Virus record (IMG/VR): IMGVR_UViG_3300009773_000100
Location: 1-30,283 of that record
DNA length: 30,283 bases
DNA from: a virus
Taxonomy: Duplodnaviria; Caudoviricetes
Reading direction: 5' to 3' (one strand)
The notes below the pieces were generated by a model. That model saw only the letters and a list, made by a program, of their open reading frames with translations, made no database searches and was not told the origin of the DNA. Positions 23,001 through 30,283 of the stretch are shown here, in pieces (the first letter of the stretch is position 1; every line of letters starts with the position of its first letter). The translations under genes and the position numbers were made by a program.

Positions 23001-25990
23001 TGGACCTCTCCCAAGCATTTCTGGCCGCTAATCGTGCGGGACAGGGATTGCAGACTGAAGAAGAAAAGAGCAGTCTCTTTTGGAGAACGCTAGACCTTCT
23101 AAATCGTCCGAATGCAGCGATCATGGGTGGGATTACATCCACGATACAAGGGCGCGGGCCATTTCACGGTGCTGCGGAAGGTCTGGAATACGGTAATTAC
23201 AGCGGCAAAGATGTATTAGGCGCGGCGGGCATGGACCCTGACCGGCTCCATACCAAGGCCCTCGGCTTGGCTATGGACATCTTGAACCCCGCAGACCCGC
23301 TCAACTACATAGGCGTTGGGGCAGTAACCAAGGCTGGCAAGGCCGCTAAACTTGCCACAAAGCTGGACGATATTGCGGACGTTGGGAACGTCGCCAGCAA
23401 GGCGGTCCGGTACGCAGACGATTGGGGCGAAGCTACTCGACTTGGGCAACGTGGTCTGCTCACGTTCATGGGACACCGTATCCCCGTGCCGGGGGATGTG
23501 ACAGCGATGCGTGGTCTGCAAAAGACCGGGCAGGCGATTAAACATAGTAACTTCGGGCAAGCGGTGAACCGTCTGTTTGGGTCGCGTGCCACACGGGAAG
23601 CGATGGACCCCGGCGCATGGCACGCGGGCGCGGGCAAGATGGCGAAGCAGTACACCAAGGAAGAAAAGTTCCTAATCAATCTGTTCAATACCAAGATCCG
23701 GTCCGAGATGCAGGTACTTAATAATCTGTCCCGTTCGCAGCGGGCTACGCTGTTAGACATTGCGGAACGAAGGAATAACGGCGTGCTAGGTGCCGCCGAA
23801 GCCCTTGCAGAAGTACAACAGAAGAAGCTCGTACCGGCGTGGGATGCGTTGAAAAGTATCCGCACCAAAGAAGTGCAGTTTACTGCTGGTCTGCAAGGTA
23901 CGGGCATGGCCGCGTGGGATGATGCGGCTACCGAAATTGGGCACATGCCGCGCCAGATCATCGGGTCGAAACCCGATATGCTGCACCTGACCGAAGACCT
24001 GTCTTGGAAACCGGCGTCTGATATTGAAGACAGCGTACTTAATCGGGCATTGAACCAGGGCAGCACGCAACAGCGGTCGTATGGCGTCAATGAACTTCTG
24101 AGAGGTACGAAACGTGACGCGCTACAGCCGGGACAGGTCGCGTTTGATACCGTGCGGAAGCTCAACCGGGGCGCGGATGACCTCGTGGGTATCCCCAGTC
24201 CGTACAAGTATAGCGAGGACATTGTCAAGGTTATCAACAACCGTATTGCTCAGAATGTCACGAACATCAATACGGACAACTTTATTGAATACCTGAAAAA
24301 AGCCGGGGTGGCGGTGGATTGGGACGATGCGAAACATCTCCCTCAGATTGATGAAGCTACGAAACTACCCGGCAAAGCCTTGTATAAGAAAATTAACCAG
24401 GGCCGATTTGCCGAAGCCCCGGTAGCGTTGCCCGTGGAATACGAAGATGCTTTCCGCCGGTACATACAGGAGATCGTCAACCCCGAGAACAATTACATGG
24501 TCCTCGGGGGGTTCCTGAAGGAACTGCAATCGTGGTGGAAGGGGCTTGCGCTGTTCTCTGCCCCGTCCGCATACCTGACCCGTAACGCTTCCAGTGCGTT
24601 CGTTAAGAACTATCTAGAAGGATTGACCCCGTTCAATCCCCACACATGGAAGTACTATTCTTCTAGTTCGGGTGCGATAGGAGACCTATGGCGTGCTAAG
24701 GGGAATATTAACTCGGTAGCAGGGGAGATCACGCTTCCCAAGTCCGGCGTCAAGGTATCCGTCAAGCGTCTGTTACAGGAATACTTTGGTCGGGACATGG
24801 GCGGTGGCGGTGGTTTCATCGGTCAGGAGCTACTAGAAAAATCGTCGAAAGGGGAGATCGAGGGGGGCGTTGTCGGGGCGATGCAAGCCGCCCGACAGAA
24901 GTTCCCCTTGTTCCGGTTCGGCTTTAGCGCTAACGAGAAGGTTGAAATGGGGGTACGCCTGCCCCTTGCGCTTAAGGTGTTGGACGATACCCTTGTAGTA
25001 GCCAGGGCGCAGAATAAGGTGGTCCCTGATATTGCTCATGCGCTAGACGACGTTGTTACGGGCGGATTCTCCCACGCGGACGTATTCGGTGCCGCGTTCG
25101 AGAACGCAACGGAGATCGTGCACCGAACGCATTTCGATTATTCGGACCTGTCCCCATTTGAGCAATCGGCGTGGTTGCGGGGCGGGCTTGTCCCGTTCTA
25201 TGCGTGGATCAGGAAGAACATCCCCCACGAGATCACGAACATGCTCACGCAACCGGGCAAATACATGCCGTTTGCGCGGGCATACTACAATGCTTGGGAG
25301 CAGAGCGGGAGTAAGCCGGAAGATGCTCCGTTCTGGTTATCCCAGGCGTTTGCAATCCCCACGAGCAAAGACGATAAGGGGCGGCAGACCTACCTCGACA
25401 TGACCAATTACCTGCCCATGATGGACGTGGTAAACGCGGTCAATGCGTTTAAACCGTGGGGGACCGACCCGCGACAGGACTATGTGGAACGCACGTCAAG
25501 ATGGGCAGCGAACCAGCTATCCCCGTTTGTCAAGTTTCCGTTTGAGCAGGGGCTGTCTAAGGACTTCTTCTCTGGTCGGGAAATGAAAGAGATGCCCGCC
25601 GAATTGTTCGGGATGCAGGTCCCAGGCGGGGCAAGGACGGTCCATGCCGCGAGTCTGGTCCCGTCAATCGGCACTCTTGACCGCCTGAACCCGGCGATAC
25701 CGGGGGTTGCGCCGGAAGGGCTATGGACGAAATTCGGTAACCTTACGGGCACGTTTAAGGGGGATAAGCGTCCGCACCGTAACGAGGCCCCCGGCAATCA
25801 GCGTTGGCTTAGGTTTTTCACGGGTCTGACACAGTACACGCCTGACCCTACGGCAATGAATATGAGTCTTAAGGCGCGAAAACGCCGGTATAAGGAGTAT
25901 ATCAATAAAGCGAAGCGGGCACAGCGCGAAGGTCTTATGGGTGAGAGCAGGTATTACTACGAACTGGCATCAAAGTATAGGGTTAGTTAG
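23000..25990 (+). CDS. large internal virion/ejection protein (996 aa)
   Basis: LDLLNRP, DILNPADPLNYIGVG, SWWKG..L...AYLTRN and HFDYSDLSPFE....R...VPFYAWIRKNIP motifs typical of large podovirus internal proteins. Confidence 0.72.
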   Translation: MDLSQAFLAANRAGQGLQTEEEKSSLFWRTLDLLNRPNAAIMGGITSTIQGRGPFHGAAEGLEYGNYSGKDVLGAAGMDPDRLHTKALGLAMDILNPADPLNYIGVGAVTKAGKAAKLATKLDDIADVGNVASKAVRYADDWGEATRLGQRGLLTFMGHRIPVPGDVTAMRGLQKTGQAIKHSNFGQAVNRLFGSRATREAMDPGAWHAGAGKMAKQYTKEEKFLINLFNTKIRSEMQVLNNLSRSQRATLLDIAERRNNGVLGAAEALAEVQQKKLVPAWDALKSIRTKEVQFTAGLQGTGMAAWDDAATEIGHMPRQIIGSKPDMLHLTEDLSWKPASDIEDSVLNRALNQGSTQQRSYGVNELLRGTKRDALQPGQVAFDTVRKLNRGADDLVGIPSPYKYSEDIVKVINNRIAQNVTNINTDNFIEYLKKAGVAVDWDDAKHLPQIDEATKLPGKALYKKINQGRFAEAPVALPVEYEDAFRRYIQEIVNPENNYMVLGGFLKELQSWWKGLALFSAPSAYLTRNASSAFVKNYLEGLTPFNPHTWKYYSSSSGAIGDLWRAKGNINSVAGEITLPKSGVKVSVKRLLQEYFGRDMGGGGGFIGQELLEKSSKGEIEGGVVGAMQAARQKFPLFRFGFSANEKVEMGVRLPLALKVLDDTLVVARAQNKVVPDIAHALDDVVTGGFSHADVFGAAFENATEIVHRTHFDYSDLSPFEQSAWLRGGLVPFYAWIRKNIPHEITNMLTQPGKYMPFARAYYNAWEQSGSKPEDAPFWLSQAFAIPTSKDDKGRQTYLDMTNYLPMMDVVNAVNAFKPWGTDPRQDYVERTSRWAANQLSPFVKFPFEQGLSKDFFSGREMKEMPAELFGMQVPGGARTVHAASLVPSIGTLDRLNPAIPGVAPEGLWTKFGNLTGTFKGDKRPHRNEAPGNQRWLRFFTGLTQYTPDPTAMNMSLKARKRRYKEYINKAKRAQREGLMGESRYYYELASKYRVS

Positions 25991-26323
25991 ATGGAATATG
26001 TTTCACCAAAAGTTTGCGACCTAAAACACGACCAGCTTATGACCGCGCTGATTGAGAACACGCGGGAAGTCAAGGAGATTGCCAAGCTCTTGCGGGGGAA
26101 CGGAACGACGGGGCTGGTAGAACGAACGTCCCTGGTGGAACAGCGTGTGAAGTTGATTGAAACCCTGCTAGACAAGACATCCAACCGGGTATGGGCACTG
26201 ATCGTCCGGGTGCTCCCCTACATTATATCGCTTGGGGCCATTGGGACAGCCATAGCCGCTATCCAATCTGACGCGCAACCTGCTCCACGAGAGACAAGTC
26301 AGACTCAACATACCACTCCGTAG
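25991..26323 (+). CDS. putative holin-like membrane protein (coiled coil plus one transmembrane segment)
   Basis: LRGNGTTGLVER...VEQRV coiled coil, then hydrophobic VWALIVRVLPYIISLGAIGTAIAAI; last gene of the operon. Confidence 0.5.
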   Translation: MEYVSPKVCDLKHDQLMTALIENTREVKEIAKLLRGNGTTGLVERTSLVEQRVKLIETLLDKTSNRVWALIVRVLPYIISLGAIGTAIAAIQSDAQPAPRETSQTQHTTP

Positions 26324-26696
26324 CATCAAAGTCTGAGTGGCCCAACGCGGCTCGCGCCGTGTTGCGGTCAAATTCCTTATCCACCTTATCCCCGTAATTA
26401 TGCCGTAACTGATACGGTGTCCATACGGGGATTTCTGCTTTTTCACATGCCCTTGTGACAGCCCTCCGGTAGCTATCGGCCGTGTAGCATTCTCCAATGG
26501 CTCGGGCAGTCCTTTTAGGGGGTCGTTTTACCCCCCTCATATGTTGATTTGATGATTTTTTATGCGTCTCTATGTAGGCTTCGTAAGGGGGGAATAGGTA
26601 ACCCGCCCCCCCTGCTCTATGGCATCTAAATGCCACTATTTTTTGTGCTTTTGGACCAAATAACAGGGTTCTGGTTTTAGACGATACGCGAACCGC
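26259..26696 (-). pseudogene. C-terminal fragment of a tyrosine recombinase/integrase
   Basis: WTPYQLRH, LGHS and TEWY catalytic-end motifs. The frame stays open upstream of GTG 26636 (RTLLFGPKAQKIV) up to TGA 26699-26697. No RBS, no N-terminal domains and no first catalytic Arg. Confidence 0.8.
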
Positions 26697-26879
26697 TCAA
26701 TCTGCTCGTTTTTTTGAGGAAGTGACAACAGATCTGTTGTCAGTATCGAACATGAAATCGAGCGCATCTCGGGCCAATTCGTACCCCTTCCTGTAGAACC
26801 GAAGTTCGCGTACCAGACGTTCTATGTCTCCATAGTCAGGAAACTGGAGTATACTTTCCAACTGAGCGTCAGTCAACAT
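26697..26879 (-). CDS. hypothetical protein (60 aa)
   Basis: AAGGAG RBS upstream; overlaps the previous gene's end. Confidence 0.7.
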   Translation of the reverse strand: MLTDAQLESILQFPDYGDIERLVRELRFYRKGYELARDALDFMFDTDNRSVVTSSKKRAD

Positions 26880-27114
26880 TGGTCGTTCTCCTTATGCGCG
26901 TGTTCTCATCTTGGAGCATTTGGAGCATCTTTCTCTTATATTCGTATGGGAGTCGTTTTTGTTGGTCCTTAGTCAAAACTAAGTCGAGTTCTACACTTAC
27001 GCCGTCTGGAAATTGGATCGTAATTGGTAGTGGGTTCGTTCTGCTCAGATACCGAACGTGATAAGGTAGTAAACTTTTCACAAAGTCTCTAGGGTCATTG
27101 GGCATTCCCATCAC
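26869..27114 (-). CDS. hypothetical protein (81 aa)
   Basis: 4-nt overlap with the upstream ORF; GGAGG RBS; AT-richer DNA. Confidence 0.7.
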   Translation of the reverse strand: MMGMPNDPRDFVKSLLPYHVRYLSRTNPLPITIQFPDGVSVELDLVLTKDQQKRLPYEYKRKMLQMLQDENTRIRRTTNVD

Positions 27115-27272
27115 TCACACCCTCCTTCTAGCCAGCAGTCTCCACAAATAATACCCCATTCGTCATCCGCGTACCGGGGATCGTCAGGAAGTATTTCTTC
27201 ACCGCATCGGTCGCATTCCTGAAACTCCCCATCATCATACGATACATCACATTCCGGCAATGGCTCTGTCAT
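27111..27272 (-). CDS. small acidic Zn-finger protein (53 aa; start re-assigned to ATG 27272)
   Basis: CDRC...CGDC; ATGA overlap with the upstream ORF; GGAGG RBS. Confidence 0.7.
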   Translation of the reverse strand: MTEPLPECDVSYDDGEFQECDRCGEEILPDDPRYADDEWGIICGDCWLEGGCE

Positions 27273-27484
27273 TTCTTTACCCTCCAGTACAGTGCCTTGC
27301 AGTCTTCTTCCGTTGCCCCGGTCATCGTTCGCGGTGAACCGGGTTTGCATTCATGAGTAACCATCTTCAGAAACCGGGCGTTGTCCACAACGTGAACGCA
27401 CGGCTTAAGCTCCCACGGTGTCTTAGGGAGCATGTCAGGGGTGATCGTCTCTAACCACTCGCGCATACGGGTATAGTCTGTCAC
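27269..27484 (-). CDS. hypothetical protein (71 aa)
   Basis: GTGA overlap with the primase-helicase stop; GGAGG RBS. Confidence 0.7.
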   Translation of the reverse strand: MTDYTRMREWLETITPDMLPKTPWELKPCVHVVDNARFLKMVTHECKPGSPRTMTGATEEDCKALYWRVKK

Positions 27485-29235
27485 TTCAGTTCCTCCGTGC
27501 GGCTTAAGTCGACCTGTTTCAGTACGCCGCCCAAGTCTCCCGTCTCCCGTTTAAGCCAGATCACTTTCGAGTAGCGTTCGGTCCAGTTCGATTTGGTGTT
27601 CTCCATGCGGACATATAAATGCGGGTCGTGAATCTTGAACCCCTGGACCTCGTTCAAGGTCATGCCGGATAAGCCGAACAGTACCCGTTGGGCGTCACGG
27701 CCAGCCGATGCGCCACGACCCGACGCGGATGATATTTGCTGTTCCCGCTCTTTGCTTGTGTGGTGATTGACCCATACCGCCGCGCCCTTGTCTACCGCAG
27801 AAGTTAGTTCTTTGAGCAAGCCCATGAACCGGCCCACCTGGGTGTTGTCGTTCTCGTCTCCCCCGTAGTAGTGGGAGCGGGGGTCAAGGACGATTAGGCG
27901 GGGCTGGTATTCTTTGACCTTGCCATAGACCCATTCATAATGCTCGGTAGGTTCTACGCTCCCGCCTGCGGGCCGGGTCAAGGGAAACGACTGCCCCGGA
28001 AATGCTATCAGGTTCTCGGAACAGCGGTGCAAGTCCCATTCCGTGAACTCATACGCAGCGGCGATTTTCTTGAACCGCCGGTGCAACTCTGATTCCGGGT
28101 CCTCAGACTCAAGCCACAACACCTTCATCGGACCATCGGGGATGAAGGTCTCTAACAACGTCTTGCCGGTGCAGGCACTCATAATGAGCGTCTGTGTAAT
28201 CCACCCTTTTCCTAATCCGCCCTTGGCGTCGATGCCGCATATCGCGCCCTCGGGTAGTATGCCCTTGAACACGAACCGCTGTATCGGTGGTTCTGTGCCC
28301 ACCCATCGGGCAATGTTCGCGGCGCGGGGCTGTATGACCCATTCCTGCCACGATTCGCACCCGATGTTTGTTGCGAGCAGGACCTGCTTTTGCCTGCCAC
28401 GCCAGATGCCGGGGAGTCTAGACAGGCGGGATGGATGCTTGTTGTTCGTGTCCACATGAAACCCGTAGCGGTCGAGTACTGAATACAATTGCTGCACACG
28501 ATCATCATAGAGCTTGCGGTTCTGGCCTGCGTGAATCTTGACGACGAAATGAAGACTCTTACCGCCCGAGAACACGACCGTTGCGCACGGGATATTGAGG
28601 CTAGTCACGATTCGCCATTGTTCTTCTACGCCTATTTTGTCACTCTCGACAAGACAATGCCGGTAATCGATGATGTTATCATCCGAAATCCCCTTGCCAT
28701 CACACGGATTAATACGCACCCATGCCCCTGACGCGGGGTTGATGTCTATCACATCAGCGGTACGCCGCCCGTGCAGGCGCGGGATAAGGGCGTCTACTCG
28801 TTCTGTAATACCGCTGTCACAGGGTTTCCAACCATCGCCCCGGTCTACCGCACGGATAACGTAATTTACAAGGTCAGCGGGCTGATACAAGGCATAGAGA
28901 TAATCGCTGAAATTGGTCTGTTCCCAATCGTCGGGGATGGTAGGGAACGGAGCTGCTTTCTGCGGGCGGATGCGGATGGGTGTGGTCGATGAACGGTATT
29001 GCCGGTTCTCTTTCTTGTACCGATAATCGGCGGGTTTGGAGAGTGCGCTGCGGATGGTGTGCTCTATCTCTTTGTCTGAGAGACCATCTGACCGCGCTTT
29101 GTCTCCCACGCGGTCCCAAATATCGGATTCCGACAACCCATCTTCAAGGGCGCATTTGGTTGCAAAGAACAGGGCGGAATTGCGCTCGCCTTTGCCGATG
29201 GACGTATTCATGTAATATTCGAGGAATCCGGGCAT
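27481..29235 (-). CDS. primase-helicase: PriCT-like N-terminus, primase-like core, RepA/AAA_25 (SF4-like) helicase
   Basis: GERNSALF; LVESD, VVFSGGKSLHFVV and SRLSRLPG; Walker A AKGGLGKG, KVLWLESED, Walker B LIVLDP, GDENDN, VNHHTSK and GRGAS. Confidence 0.88.
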   Translation of the reverse strand: MPGFLEYYMNTSIGKGERNSALFFATKCALEDGLSESDIWDRVGDKARSDGLSDKEIEHTIRSALSKPADYRYKKENRQYRSSTTPIRIRPQKAAPFPTIPDDWEQTNFSDYLYALYQPADLVNYVIRAVDRGDGWKPCDSGITERVDALIPRLHGRRTADVIDINPASGAWVRINPCDGKGISDDNIIDYRHCLVESDKIGVEEQWRIVTSLNIPCATVVFSGGKSLHFVVKIHAGQNRKLYDDRVQQLYSVLDRYGFHVDTNNKHPSRLSRLPGIWRGRQKQVLLATNIGCESWQEWVIQPRAANIARWVGTEPPIQRFVFKGILPEGAICGIDAKGGLGKGWITQTLIMSACTGKTLLETFIPDGPMKVLWLESEDPESELHRRFKKIAAAYEFTEWDLHRCSENLIAFPGQSFPLTRPAGGSVEPTEHYEWVYGKVKEYQPRLIVLDPRSHYYGGDENDNTQVGRFMGLLKELTSAVDKGAAVWVNHHTSKEREQQISSASGRGASAGRDAQRVLFGLSGMTLNEVQGFKIHDPHLYVRMENTKSNWTERYSKVIWLKRETGDLGGVLKQVDLSRTEELK

Positions 29236-29486
29236 TAGTCATTGTCCTCCCGCTTGTTGAGAGCATCGATTAGCGCGTCTGCCATATCGACGGCACCCTC
29301 CGCTACACGAGCCATATTGGTCACACCCTCGCGCATTTCGGCACTACAATCAGGATTGGCAATGAGCCCCGCGCAAATCAGCGCGGCGAACAACTCGCGC
29401 TTGGTCACGCCCTCGCGCATTGCCGGCGCACAGTGATCCGAGTTTCCGATAGACCATGGGAATGCAGAATCATTTCCGTACATCAC
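29235..29486 (-). CDS. conserved-type small phage protein (AFP...G.T.RE.FAA motif)
   Basis: SAFP...GVTKRELFAA...GL.AN...AVDMADALI.AL pattern common in phage early regions. Confidence 0.8.
   Translation of the reverse strand: MMYGNDSAFPWSIGNSDHCAPAMREGVTKRELFAALICAGLIANPDCSAEMREGVTNMARVAEGAVDMADALIDALNKREDND
29317..29421. repeat. 21-bp direct repeat with 1 mismatch, encoding MREGVT twice
   Basis: ttggtcac(a/g)ccctcgcgcatt at 29317-29337 and 29401-29421. Confidence 0.9.
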
Positions 29487-30283
29487 TCGTCCTCCTGTAC
29501 CATTTCGTTGGCGTCACCGGTATGGTGGCCGCACTGTGCGTTGAGCAGCGGCATGTCGCCCTGTATGCGCCGGTGCGCCATGTCCACATACTCGGCATTC
29601 AGTTCGATGCCTATGAAGCGCCGCCCGTGCCGTAGCGCCACCATGCCCGTTGTCCCACTCCCACAGAACGGGTCCAGAACCGTGCCGCCTTCGGGGCAAC
29701 CGGCAAGGATGCACGGTTCAATCAGCTTCGGCGGGAATGTGGCGAAGTGTGCACCTTTATAGGGCTTGGTGGCTACTGTCCAGACGCTGCGGCGGTTCTT
29801 CTTACCGATGGCTTGAAGTTCTTCCTTCGACTTGTTACCGATCCACTTAGCCGTACCCTGCTGTTCCTTGACAACTGTCTGGTCGCCCCAACGCTCCCAC
29901 TTGGCATCTTCCAGAATGGATTTGTGGTCGTAAAAATACCGATCCGACTTCGACAGCAGGAAAATGTACTCATGCGCCTTGGTGCAGCGGTCGCGCACGC
30001 TCTCGGGCATAGGATTCGGCTTGTGCCAGATGATGTCTTGGCGCAAGTACCAACCGTCCGCCTGTAGCGCGAACGCCACGCGCCAAGGGATGCCGACTAT
30101 ATCTTTGTGCTTTATGGCGGAAGAAGCGAATGCCGCCGCACCACGATTAGATGCCCCGAATGTCGGCATGCTTCGCTGCTCACCACTTATAGTCTGCGGA
30201 ACACACATTGAGTCGCGGAACGATGCATAACTATCCCCCAAATTCAGCCACAGCGTGCCGTCGTCCTTAAGCACGCGCCGCAC
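29483..30283 (-). CDS. orphan N4/N6 DNA methyltransferase (beta-class order), 5' end outside the window
   Basis: LWLNLGDSY, DIIWHKPNPMPES, HEYIFLLSK, HFATFP..LIEPCI, motif I VLDPFCGSGTT and FIGIELN. Confidence 0.93.
   Translation of the reverse strand: MRRVLKDDGTLWLNLGDSYASFRDSMCVPQTISGEQRSMPTFGASNRGAAAFASSAIKHKDIVGIPWRVAFALQADGWYLRQDIIWHKPNPMPESVRDRCTKAHEYIFLLSKSDRYFYDHKSILEDAKWERWGDQTVVKEQQGTAKWIGNKSKEELQAIGKKNRRSVWTVATKPYKGAHFATFPPKLIEPCILAGCPEGGTVLDPFCGSGTTGMVALRHGRRFIGIELNAEYVDMAHRRIQGDMPLLNAQCGHHTGDANEMVQEDE

Larger units (their letters stand above)
1..30283. mobile_element. Tailed phage/prophage genome segment (podovirus-like morphogenesis operon plus convergent replication module)
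   Basis: Gene order terminase-portal-scaffold-capsid-adaptor-nozzle-ejection proteins on +, and primase-helicase, DNA methylase and integrase remnant on -. No host housekeeping genes or att site seen. Confidence 0.95.

Noticed and set aside
26670-26699. Recoded TGA (alternative genetic code or selenocysteine) at the integrase junction
   Set aside because: TGA is a real stop elsewhere (TTGA, GTGA and TGATG overlaps), and only a weak GGUUC/GAACC pairing follows, which is not a convincing SECIS.
29483-30283. Restriction-modification system
   Set aside because: No endonuclease downstream; orphan methylases of this type are routine in phage early regions. The upstream side is outside the window.

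Overview
The whole window looks like part of a tailed dsDNA phage or prophage genome, probably short-tailed (podovirus-like), since no tail-tube or tape-measure gene is recognisable. On the + strand (about 140-26320) a near-consensus sigma70 promoter precedes one tightly coupled morphogenesis operon. Its order is: terminase small subunit, SAM methyltransferase, terminase large subunit, portal, FmdB-like Zn ribbon, scaffold, major capsid, decoration protein, a Zn-finger plus two glycosyltransferases, two paralogous head-tail adaptors, lectin-domain tail proteins, a tail nozzle split into two genes, four internal/ejection proteins and a holin-like gene. The - strand (26259-30283) carries the end of a convergent early/replication module: an orphan DNA methyltransferase (cut by the window edge), a primase-helicase, small ORFs and a truncated tyrosine integrase. 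The most notable items are (1) a glycan-type methyltransferase and two GT-A glycosyltransferases built into the head operon, a candidate virion glycosylation/methylation system; (2) a repeated CU-rich-loop RNA element, one copy positioned to gate that cassette; (3) a small KPWANY-repeat gene overlapping a glycosyltransferase; and (4) a nozzle gene split by a LamG domain insertion. All product calls come from motif recognition and gene order by eye; no database searches were run.
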